Sequence record: SRR31156797_5029
Strand: one strand, 5' to 3'
Length of the DNA stretch: 64,000 nucleotides
Made by a program: the position numbers and the translations under genes. The notes below the pieces were generated by a model that was not told where the DNA came from, did no database searches, and saw only the letters and a list, made by a program, of their open reading frames with translations. Shown piece after piece: positions 27,552 through 37,400 of the stretch; within the stretch, counting starts at the first letter, position 1; each line of letters opens with the position of its first letter.

Positions 27552-30017
27552 ATGAAGATTTCATATAACTGGCTTAAGGAACATGTTGATATAGATCTCG
27601 ATGCTGAAAAGGTTTCGGAGATTTTAACGGATACCGGACTGGAAGTTGAAGGCCTTGAAAAAATTGAAACCATCAAGGGAGGCCTGAAGGGCGTGGTTGT
27701 TGGTGAAGTGAAGACCTGCGAAAAGCATCCTGATGCCGATAAATTGAGCGTTACAACGGTTGATGTTGGCTTTGGGAAAGTATTGCCTGTGGTATGCGGG
27801 GCACCTAATGTTGCTGCCGGGCAAAAAGTAGTGGTAGCAATTGTTGGAACAGTACTTTATGCCGGTGAAAAATCCTTTGAAATTAAAAAAGCGAAAATAC
27901 GTGGCCAGGTTTCTGAAGGCATGATTTGTGCGGAAGATGAGCTCGGGCTCGGTGATTCCCATGATGGAATAATGGTTTTGCCCGAAGATGCTGAAATAGG
28001 CATGGCTGCCAAAGATTATTTCCAGATTGAGGAAGATCACGTTTTTGAAATCGGGCTTACACCAAACCGGAATGATGCCATGTCGCACGTTGGTGTTGCA
28101 CGCGATTTGGTAGCCGCTTTGAATTTCCACAATCCACAGGCTGATCCTCACAAGGTTTTCACGGCCTGTACGGATAGTTTTGAAATAAAAAATAAAAATT
28201 TTCCCATCGAAGTAGTGGTCGAAGATAAGGATGCATGTCCCCGTTATTCAGGAGTTACGATCACGAACGTAAAAGTTCAGGAATCTCCTGACTGGTTAAA
28301 GAACAGGCTTTTATCAATCGGGCTGCGACCCATAAATAATCTGGTCGATATCAGCAATTTCATCCTGCATGAAACCGGCCATCCAACGCACTTTTTTGAT
28401 GCGGATAAAATCAAGGGTAAAAAGATCATCGTTAAGAAGCTACCAAAAGGGTCAAAGTTTTTATGCCTTGACGAGGTTGAAAGAGAACTTTCAGGTGAAG
28501 ACCTGATGATTTGTGATGGTGAGGAAAACGGGATGTGTATTGCCGGTGTATTTGGCGGCCTTAATTCAGGTGTTACTGAAACTACCAAAACCCTGTTTAT
28601 CGAGAGTGCTTATTTCGATCCGAAAACCATCCGTAAAACGGCTAAGTATCATGCGCTGAACACCGATTCTTCTTTCCGTTTTGAGCGGGGTGCCGATCCA
28701 AATGCAACATTGTATGTGATGCGCAGAGCTGCGTTACTTGTACAGGAACTTGCCGGCGGTGAGGTTTCCTCTGATGTTCAGGATGTGTATCCGGACCCGA
28801 TAAACCCATGGAAGGTTGAAGTAAAATATGCCAACGTCGACAGACTGATCGGTAAATCAATTCCGCGTGACCGCATTCATGATATTATCATAAATCTGGG
28901 AATGGAAATACTCGAAGATCATGAAGATATACTGGTTGTTGAAGTCCCGACATTCAAAGCCGATGTTACCCGTGAGGCTGATATCATCGAAGAGATTCTG
29001 AGGATTTATGGTTATAACAATGTTGAGTTTCCGAATCAGGTCAGGGCATCTTTGTCATACATTGAAAAACCAGATCGAGAAGCGGTGCAGGATTTGGTTT
29101 CCGACTTTTTAAGCCACAATGGCTTTGCTGAAGTCATGAATAATTCACTAACCAAAGCCTCCTATGCCGATAAGTTTGGTTTTATCAATAAAGATCAGGA
29201 TGTTAAGATCTTTAATCCGTTGAGCAGCGACCTGGGTGTGATGCGCCAGACTTTACTCACTTCCGGTTTGGAAAGCATCATTTATAATGTTAATCATAAA
29301 AATGCCGACTTACGTTTTTATGAGTTTGGGAAAACCTATGGCCAACTTACAACTGATACAAGTAAGGATGTTTTGGACAGGTTTGAGGAAACCATGCATT
29401 TATCACTGTTTGTTACAGGAAACCTAAACCTTGAAAGCTGGCATGATGATCTGAAACAGGGTGATGTATTCTTCCTTAAATCACAGGTTTACGCCATACT
29501 GAAGAAACTGAAAATTGATGACCGCATGTTTCAGGGTCAAAAAATTTCCGATGAAATTTTTACCTCAGGCATGATGCTTACCTGGAATGGGAAAGAAGTA
29601 GTTGTTTACGGACAACTCAAAGCAACTCTCCTGAGTGAATTTGAAATTGAGCAGCCGGTATATTGGGCCGATTTTAACTGGGATCTGATTTTGGAAATAC
29701 TGAAAGGGCATAAACTTTCATATAAACCAGTGTCAAAATTCCCGGAGGTACGCCGCGACCTTGCCTTGCTTGTAGATAGTACAGTAGAGTTTGATGAACT
29801 GAAAAAACTCGCTCTTGGTGCGGAAAAAAAGCTGCTTAAATCAGTAAACCTGTTTGATGTTTATGAAGGTGAAAAAATTGAAAAAGGTAAGAAATCTTAT
29901 GCCCTGAGCTTCATCCTGCAGGACGATACCAAAACCCTTACTGACAAGATAATTGACAAAACCATGAAAAAGCTTGCCAACACATATCAGTATAAAATTG
30001 GCGCAACCTTGAGGTAA
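27552..30017 (+). CDS. pheT: Phenylalanine-tRNA ligase beta subunit
   Basis: MKISYNWLKE, VCGAPNV, LTPNR, RFERG, SKFPEVRRDLA, C-terminal GATLR. Confidence 0.98.
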   Translation: MKISYNWLKEHVDIDLDAEKVSEILTDTGLEVEGLEKIETIKGGLKGVVVGEVKTCEKHPDADKLSVTTVDVGFGKVLPVVCGAPNVAAGQKVVVAIVGTVLYAGEKSFEIKKAKIRGQVSEGMICAEDELGLGDSHDGIMVLPEDAEIGMAAKDYFQIEEDHVFEIGLTPNRNDAMSHVGVARDLVAALNFHNPQADPHKVFTACTDSFEIKNKNFPIEVVVEDKDACPRYSGVTITNVKVQESPDWLKNRLLSIGLRPINNLVDISNFILHETGHPTHFFDADKIKGKKIIVKKLPKGSKFLCLDEVERELSGEDLMICDGEENGMCIAGVFGGLNSGVTETTKTLFIESAYFDPKTIRKTAKYHALNTDSSFRFERGADPNATLYVMRRAALLVQELAGGEVSSDVQDVYPDPINPWKVEVKYANVDRLIGKSIPRDRIHDIIINLGMEILEDHEDILVVEVPTFKADVTREADIIEEILRIYGYNNVEFPNQVRASLSYIEKPDREAVQDLVSDFLSHNGFAEVMNNSLTKASYADKFGFINKDQDVKIFNPLSSDLGVMRQTLLTSGLESIIYNVNHKNADLRFYEFGKTYGQLTTDTSKDVLDRFEETMHLSLFVTGNLNLESWHDDLKQGDVFFLKSQVYAILKKLKIDDRMFQGQKISDEIFTSGMMLTWNGKEVVVYGQLKATLLSEFEIEQPVYWADFNWDLILEILKGHKLSYKPVSKFPEVRRDLALLVDSTVEFDELKKLALGAEKKLLKSVNLFDVYEGEKIEKGKKSYALSFILQDDTKTLTDKIIDKTMKKLANTYQYKIGATLR

Positions 30018-30061
30018 AAAAGTTTTTCCTGGTTTTTATTGATAACCTAAAACCCAAGAAA

Positions 30062-31699
30062 ATGGAAGTGAAATATTCAGTTAACCCGGAAGGCGAGAAA
30101 TTCGAGATTCCCCCAAAATCAGCTTATGCAGCTGAGCTCGAACGTGTAAAAAGTCTTACTGATCAAGCCAGGGCCGATGGAAAGGAAATTGTTGTGGTCA
30201 TGGGTGTTGGATTTGTTGGAGCCGTGATGGCTGCCATTGTTGCCGACACAAAAGATGACAATGGCAAAAATTCAAAATTCGTTATCGGATGCCAGCGCCC
30301 AAGTGTAAGAAGTTACTGGAAAATCCCCATGTTAAACCGCGGTGTTTCTCCTGTGAAAGCTGAAGATCCTGAAGTGGATGAATTGATTACCAGGTGTGTA
30401 ACCGAAACCAAAACACTCATTGCCACTTACAATAGTGATGTGCTGTCGCTTGCTGATGTTGTGGTTGTGGATGTTCAGTGCGATTACCAGAAAAAAGATC
30501 TGGGCAACATGCGCAATGGTGAGGCCGATATGGCAGCGCTGGAAGCTACCATGAAAACCATCGGTGAGAAAATCCAACCCCATTGCCTTACCCTCATCGA
30601 AACAACGGTTGCGCCCGGCACCACTGAATTTGTGGCCTGGCCGATCATGAAAAAAGCGTTTGCAAAACGTGGATTAAGTGAGGTGCCTGTTTTGGCGCAT
30701 AGCTTTGAACGCGTGATGCCCGGGAGGGAATATGTTTCGAGCATTCGCGATTTTTGGCGTGTTTGCAGTGGATGTGATCAGCCTGCCCGTGAAAAAGTTG
30801 AGAAATTCCTGCATGAGGTTCTGAATACCAAAGAATTTCCGCTCACGGTTATGGATCGACCCATCGAATCGGAAACAACCAAAATTGTTGAAAATTCTTA
30901 CAGGGCAACAATCCTGGCCTACCTGCACGAATGGAGCATTTTTGCCGAGCGCAATGGTGTGGATCTAATCAAGGTGATTGATGCCATTAAAATGCGGCCA
31001 ACACACAGCAACATGATTTTCCCGGGACCCGGAATTGGTGGATATTGTCTGCCAAAAGATGGTGGCCTTGGATATTGGGCTTACCGTCATATTCTGGGTT
31101 TTGAAGATGGTGATTCTTTGTTTAAAATCACCCCAACAGCTATCGACATTAATGATACCCGTGGGCTTCATGTGGCCCAGCTTGTTCGGGATGCATTGCG
31201 CAATATGGCGCGTTATATTGCTGGTGCAGAAGTCCTGATATGCGGAGCCAGCTATCGTCAGGATGTTGGGGATACCCGGTATAGTGGCAGCGAAATGGTT
31301 GTTCGCAAACTCACGGAAATGGGTGCGGAAATGCGTGTTCACGACCCATATGTGGATCATTGGTACGAGTTGGAAAACCAGGATGCCTACCCGTCAGCAT
31401 CTTCATCGTGGAAGCGATTCTTCCGTAATCAGGACAACTTAAAAGAAACTAAGATCAGTAAAAACCTAAAAGAAAGCCTAAATGGAGTAGAAGCAGTAAT
31501 CTTTGCTGTTCCGCACGATGAGTATAAAGGCCTTTCACCTGATGATATTGTGAAATGGGCAGGTGGGCCAGTTGCTGTTGTAGATGCATTTGGCATGATC
31601 CCGGATGAAAAAATAAAGCGCTATTTCGAGCTGGGTTGCGAAGTGAAAGCCCTGGGACGTGGCCACGTTCAACGGATTAAAAAAGAAGTTAAAGGCTAA
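30062..31699 (+). CDS. UDP-glucose/GDP-mannose dehydrogenase family protein
   Basis: GVGFVG Rossmann motif, ETTVAPGTT, ETTKIVENSYR, GPGIGGYCLPKD catalytic Cys, SYRQDVGDTRYS. Confidence 0.88.
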   Translation: MEVKYSVNPEGEKFEIPPKSAYAAELERVKSLTDQARADGKEIVVVMGVGFVGAVMAAIVADTKDDNGKNSKFVIGCQRPSVRSYWKIPMLNRGVSPVKAEDPEVDELITRCVTETKTLIATYNSDVLSLADVVVVDVQCDYQKKDLGNMRNGEADMAALEATMKTIGEKIQPHCLTLIETTVAPGTTEFVAWPIMKKAFAKRGLSEVPVLAHSFERVMPGREYVSSIRDFWRVCSGCDQPAREKVEKFLHEVLNTKEFPLTVMDRPIESETTKIVENSYRATILAYLHEWSIFAERNGVDLIKVIDAIKMRPTHSNMIFPGPGIGGYCLPKDGGLGYWAYRHILGFEDGDSLFKITPTAIDINDTRGLHVAQLVRDALRNMARYIAGAEVLICGASYRQDVGDTRYSGSEMVVRKLTEMGAEMRVHDPYVDHWYELENQDAYPSASSSWKRFFRNQDNLKETKISKNLKESLNGVEAVIFAVPHDEYKGLSPDDIVKWAGGPVAVVDAFGMIPDEKIKRYFELGCEVKALGRGHVQRIKKEVKG

Positions 31700-31722
31700 A
31701 TCAGGCCTTTTCCGGTAACAAC

Positions 31723-31759
31723 AAAAAAAGCGCTTTCAACAAGTAACTGAAAGCGCTTT
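31723..31759. terminator. Bidirectional intrinsic terminator
   Basis: AAAGCGCTTTCA...TGAAAGCGCTTT between convergent genes. Confidence 0.8.
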
Positions 31760-31777
31760 ATTTATATTAGGTTTAGT

Positions 31778-33583
31778 TTATTCAAACATTATTGTGAGGG
31801 TGACAACACCAGGACCTGTGTTGACCCCAAGTACCGGGGAGGCGTAATTGATAAATTTTGGTTCCATACCACCGGTAAGTTCCCTCATCTGTTCAGCATA
31901 CCAGTGGGCTGTACTTTCATTATCAGCATGCGAAATGGCATATCCCCAAAGTTTACGGCCTTTCATTTTTTGATTCACCAGTTTCATGGTAAGTTTCATG
32001 CTACCTTTCTCACTGCGAGGTTTACCAATCGATTCAGATTTGCCTTCATTATTTACTGTAATAACCGGCTTAATGCTCAGGAGTTTTCCCATCATACCTT
32101 TTACCGAACTCACACGGCCACTCTTCACCAGGTATTTCATGGTTTTTGTTGTTACAAACATCTCCGTTTTTTCTGACCAGTCCTGAATTTTTTTAACAAG
32201 CTCATTATGTGTCGTACCTGCCTCCAGCATATCTGTAGCGCGCATCATAATTAATCCCAGCCCGGCAGAGAGCCTTTTGGAATTGATTACTGTAATGGGT
32301 TTTTTGGTGAAGTTGCTTATGGTCTTGGCAGCTTTCCTGCTGTTGGAACAGGTCCCGCTCATGGCTTCACTCAGGTGAATGCCAATTACTGAATCATAGT
32401 GCGTGCTTAAATAATTGTACTTGTTACTGAATTCTTTAAAGGTTGGTTGTGCTGAACTGGGGTAATCAGTTGCTTTTGGCAACATTTTATAAAACCGGTC
32501 AGGTTTAAGTGTAACCCTGTCGAGGTAATAAGTATCGCCAAAATGAACACTTAAGGGCACAACGTTGATCTGGTGTTTTTCGATATATTCCTGCGGCAGA
32601 TCACACGTTGAATCAGTGACGAGTGCGATGTTATGTTTTTGATTTTCGGCAACATCCATTTGCAATACCATATCATCCACTTTTTGGAAAGTAATACTGC
32701 CGAATTTGCTGATTTTGGTGAAAAGTTGATCTGGTGTATCGGTATGGATATGCATCCGCATTTTTTTCGGCGATCCTGCCAGGACCAGCGAATCACCAAA
32801 GTGCTGGATCTTACTTCTTAGTTTATCCCGGTTAATTTCATCTGCAATGATCATGGCCTCAGTGCAATACCTGTAGTTGACGTTTTCGTGATCATGGGTA
32901 CCATCAAAGCCCTGAACTTTGATAACATTGCGTGCGCCAAGGATTTTCTTTAACTCACCATGTTTAAAAAAGTCAATCATGCCTTCAAGGAAAACCACAA
33001 ACCCTTTGGCTCCTGCATCCACAACATTTGCCTTGGCCAGCACCTCTAACAGTTTTGGTGTATTTGCAAGAGATTCTTTGGCATTGGTATATGATTCGAT
33101 GATGAGTAAATTAAAGTCGTCGATTTTATCTTTGAGCACCTGAATGCCTTCGGCCCACTCACGGAGTACCGTAATAAGTGTGCCTTCTACGGGATTCGAA
33201 ATCGCTTCGTATGATTGTGTAACTCCATTGGTAATAGCCATCGAAAATTTGTTTACGTCAATCTCGTCTTCATTTTCGAATGTGCTGCTAAATCCGTAGA
33301 GAAACTGAGCGAAGATAATTCCTGAGTTACCCCGAGCGCCAACAAGTGCGGCATCTGCAAGTGCATTGGCCGTAACTGAAAAGTTATCAGTAGGAATAAA
33401 AGTGTCTACAATCGAACGCATCGTTGAGGCCAGATTAGTGCCAGTGTCTGCATCCCTGACAGGGAAAACATTGATTTTATTCAATAATCCCTGGTGGTCG
33501 AAAATGCGTTGAGCACCTGCCAGAAAGCTATAATACAATCGCTTTCCATCGAGTGTTTTTGTATTTATCGATTCTTTATTCAC
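31778..33583 (-). CDS. DAK2 (FakA-like)-DegV (FakB-like) fusion protein
   Basis: INVFPVRDADTGTN, GARGNSG, VVDAGAKG, HIHT, followed by DegV motifs VTDSTCDLP, SSAQP, SGTC, SGR. Confidence 0.9.
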   Translation of the reverse strand: MNKESINTKTLDGKRLYYSFLAGAQRIFDHQGLLNKINVFPVRDADTGTNLASTMRSIVDTFIPTDNFSVTANALADAALVGARGNSGIIFAQFLYGFSSTFENEDEIDVNKFSMAITNGVTQSYEAISNPVEGTLITVLREWAEGIQVLKDKIDDFNLLIIESYTNAKESLANTPKLLEVLAKANVVDAGAKGFVVFLEGMIDFFKHGELKKILGARNVIKVQGFDGTHDHENVNYRYCTEAMIIADEINRDKLRSKIQHFGDSLVLAGSPKKMRMHIHTDTPDQLFTKISKFGSITFQKVDDMVLQMDVAENQKHNIALVTDSTCDLPQEYIEKHQINVVPLSVHFGDTYYLDRVTLKPDRFYKMLPKATDYPSSAQPTFKEFSNKYNYLSTHYDSVIGIHLSEAMSGTCSNSRKAAKTISNFTKKPITVINSKRLSAGLGLIMMRATDMLEAGTTHNELVKKIQDWSEKTEMFVTTKTMKYLVKSGRVSSVKGMMGKLLSIKPVITVNNEGKSESIGKPRSEKGSMKLTMKLVNQKMKGRKLWGYAISHADNESTAHWYAEQMRELTGGMEPKFINYASPVLGVNTGPGVVTLTIMFE

Positions 33584-33720
33584 TCTTTTCTGCTTCTTAT
33601 TGAATTCTTTTTAAATCAAATATCATTTACATCTATAACAACAGCAATCGCAAAAATACACTAATCTATTTAATTGATTTCTTGTAAAATATGTTAAACG
33701 CTGGAAAACAGTTTTTTGTG

Positions 33721-34467
33721 TTATCTTTCAGAGGTTTGCTGGTGGTAATATTTTTGCTTTACCAGGTTTTCCATTTCCAGGAAATAATCTTTTTCGATCG
33801 AAAAAATTGTTATTTCTAAAACGGTGTTTTCTGTTGTTTCTGAAATTGGTTTTATCTGGGGTGATTTTTTTAAGGAGGCCCAGGGCATGAGTATTATATC
33901 ATCATGAATGTCCCGGATTGTGGAAGAAAGTTTATCAGTTTTGGTTATTTCCATCCTGAAAGTATGGCTCAGAATCGTTTCGGCAGGATTGGATTTTACA
34001 ACCGCTTTTCCCATTATGGTGCTGTAGGGAAGGTAAATTGATTCACCAGATTCGGTTTCGAGAATAATTCCTGATGGTTTAAACTTGATGATTTTCCCTG
34101 AATAATCGTCAATTTTAAGGGTTTCGTTAATTTTAAAATGTGTATTGGCTTTAAAAAATGCCCCAACAATAAAATCCTTAAGAGCTACCCAGGCCGTATA
34201 AAACGTAAAGAAAAACAGCATAATAAAAAGGCCTATTGCGTATATCTGGCTTGTTTCGGAGAGGAAATTAACTGACCAGATTAAAAAAGCGATCCAAACA
34301 ATGAGTTCAATCAGGGCAGTATATCTCCAGGCATGCTTGCGCTTGTCTTTTCGTAAGGCTAAAATCGGTACCAGCCAGGTAAGCAATCGAAATAGCAGGA
34401 ACAGCCCTATTGCAAGCAGGATAACTGTGTAAAGTGCGACATTTGAAAATTCCAGTATCTGATCCAT
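33721..34467 (-). CDS. MscS-like mechanosensitive channel domain membrane protein
   Basis: Three TM helices, KDFIVGAFF..FKINETLKIDDYSGKI beta-domain. Starts 6 bp after the upstream fusion gene. Confidence 0.65.
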   Translation of the reverse strand: MDQILEFSNVALYTVILLAIGLFLLFRLLTWLVPILALRKDKRKHAWRYTALIELIVWIAFLIWSVNFLSETSQIYAIGLFIMLFFFTFYTAWVALKDFIVGAFFKANTHFKINETLKIDDYSGKIIKFKPSGIILETESGESIYLPYSTIMGKAVVKSNPAETILSHTFRMEITKTDKLSSTIRDIHDDIILMPWASLKKSPQIKPISETTENTVLEITIFSIEKDYFLEMENLVKQKYYHQQTSER

Positions 34468-34472
34468 TTTGA

Positions 34473-37400
34473 TTAAAGCATTTCTTTTTCGATGAGTTTG
34501 GCTTGCAGATGTGGATATAAAAATCCATTTATTTCATAAATCCCGGGTTGATTTTCAACAATAACCCGCGACCTTTTGAGAATCTCAATTTTGCTTTTCA
34601 TTTCCTGGATACTTCCCAAACAAATCCTTGATAATTTCTTGAGATTTGCCCGTTTGTGCAGGATAAGCTGAACAATCAACAAATACCAGTCCGGTTTTAG
34701 GTGGTCCAGGATTGACATGTCAGGTATTCTGGGTGAGTTGATGGTGATCATGTTCTTTTCGATATCCTCGATGTTTGCAAGCCATGATGCCAGCACAACT
34801 CCCGGATTTCCCCTTGAGTAACTAAAATAACGGGCGAACAATCGTGCCAGGTCCCATGGCCGCAAATATTCACGAATATTTCCGGAGAGTTTCAGTTTGA
34901 GTCCGCTGGATTGGTGCCTGGTGAGAACAATTCGTTGTAAATCCTCCGAATTGAAAGGTTCAAGCTCAATGATGTTGATGAAATAAGCTTCAATATCTGC
35001 AATTCGATTTATGAGTTCAAAACTATATTTGTTAATGTTTACCACAAACAAACATTTCTTACTGTATTTATTGATGAGTTCATTGATTTGGTCAACCACA
35101 GCGAATCCTTCATCACTTTTTTCCCACCAAAGCGAAAGGTCATCAATGATTAAAACACTATTCTCAGGTATTGTATTGAAGATACGGTAATAGGAGCCCT
35201 CCACCTCGCAAGTGCTCTCCAGGGCCTGCTTGAATATTTTGGGATCCGTAGATCCTCCGAAAGGTGCGGGCAGGTTATAAACGGTAGCATTTTCATAGTA
35301 CTTGTTGATAAAGTATTGCGAAAAAAATGATTTTCCCGAGTTGGCTTCGCCAATAACCAAAATACCTCCAAACAGTCCACTGCGATAGCGTTGTATCGCT
35401 TTTTCGCCTTCAGCCAGTTCTTTTTTACGACCTACCCAAAATTCATTCAAATAATATTGTTTTCGGTAAAACAGCCTAGAGTAATAATATGGTATTTTAC
35501 GTGCGGTTTCCGGGCTAACGGATAGTTTCTCAGTAAGGTTTATAGCATCGTTTACCCTGAATTCTCCGGGAGTCGACTCTTTTCGCAACCGTTGCGTAAA
35601 CATAACACCAATGCTTTGCCGGTACCAAAACTGGTTGAGTTGATGTTGGATAAAATTCCGCGAACTTCGCTGCATATTTTGCAGGTAGTACCAGCGTTTT
35701 CGGCTTTCGATATCACGGATATATTGTTTGAGGTTGATGGCATTGTTTACAAATGAATGGAAAGCCAGTTTATCCTCAAAGGTGTTGTGCCTTTCGTTAA
35801 ACAGATTCACAATTTGCAGCTTAACCTCGGCTGTTCGGTCTATTTCTTTGTTAAATAGCTTAATGTGATTGTCAACAAGCTCGATAACATTTGTGGGGTC
35901 GGGCGTTCCGGATGTGCTTTCCTCTGTTTCTTTTTCGATACCAAAAGTAAGGTTACGGATAATCTCATTGATGGCTGAATTTATTTTTTCGAGCTTTTGT
36001 GGAATTTCAGAAACTGATTTTTGCAGCGGCTCAACAAACTCCGACTGGAGCAGATAGTCCATCAACTCAGCGACAGAAATATTTACGGTATTTACATTTT
36101 TGTATTGTTTGGAACTAAAATTATTGAGTGATTCATCATCCAACAGTTCGATACTTTGGGGCAGTACGCTGGTGGCCAATCTTAATTTCCTGAATGTTTT
36201 TTCTATCAGCTGGTTGAAAAATGCCTGGAATGATTCACGCTGCTCCAACTCACTAAAATGCTCAGGATTAAACTTGTGCTGTGCCCCACCTTTGAGTTGC
36301 TTACTGAACTTGGTAAGTTTGTCGCGCATTTCCACCTCCTGTGCAATAAATTTTTGTTCAAAAATGAGGTTTGTTTCGTCGGCTACATCACCCAGTATTG
36401 ATCGCAGCTTTGTTGTTAATGATAAAAGCCCGAGTTCAAGTGTTAGCGCATTGATCAGCAACTGCTGATTTTTGCGCCAGGTGTCAGGAATTACCTGGAT
36501 AACATTTCGGATTTTACGCACACTGTGGGTATCGTAACTATTTTCATCAAAAGCTTCATTGGCGTTGAGCCGGCCAAGTTCAGTTGAAAAATCACGTATG
36601 ATCTCATTCACTTTCGACAGCGAAAATTCTGTGAGAATCGCACCCGATTCCTGGTTTAGTTTTCTAATATTATCCACCTCCAGGCTGATGGCCTTCCTCC
36701 GCTCTTCAATCATGTCCGGAGTTATTCCGTCAGCCGATTTCTTTTCGAGTTCGAATAAAATGGAAGCGATTTTATAAAACATCGACCGGCCTTTTACAGC
36801 AAATTTTAAAGTTGAAACACCCCACTTCTCAAGTAATTCGTAAACCAGGCGGGTGGATGAAATATAAAGATACCGTTGGATTAAGCGTTTGTACCTTACG
36901 GTATAATTTGCGTTTTCGCTTTTGCCCAAAAATTTCAATAACCGTTTTCTAAAGATAAAACTGCGCTCCGAAACTGTAGATGCCCTGCTAAAATCAAGGT
37001 CGCTGTCAGGCAAAATAACTTTAACTTTTGCAGGACTGTTCCTGATAATTTTATCTATTTCCCTGAACAAATATTCTACACTTTCTCCCAGGCGGGATTG
37101 CTGAATTTCAAAAATTTCGCGATCGTAATCAGCAATAATTTTTCTAAATCGGAAAAGCAGGTTACTCTCAAACTTTACAATAGCTTTATGTTGCTGATTA
37201 GCCTTAAGCTCAGGCACCCTGTCCAAAATATTCTGTAAATTAATGGAGACGGCTTCTTCAACCAAATCGATCATATTGGTATGGAAACCGGTGAGTTTTG
37301 TTAAATACTGGTTTTTCAGGTACTTGTTTACTTCCATCAAATCTCCGTACAGCAGCCGAACTTGTTTTGCCAGTTCATCGCGTTCAGGATATTTAATTTG

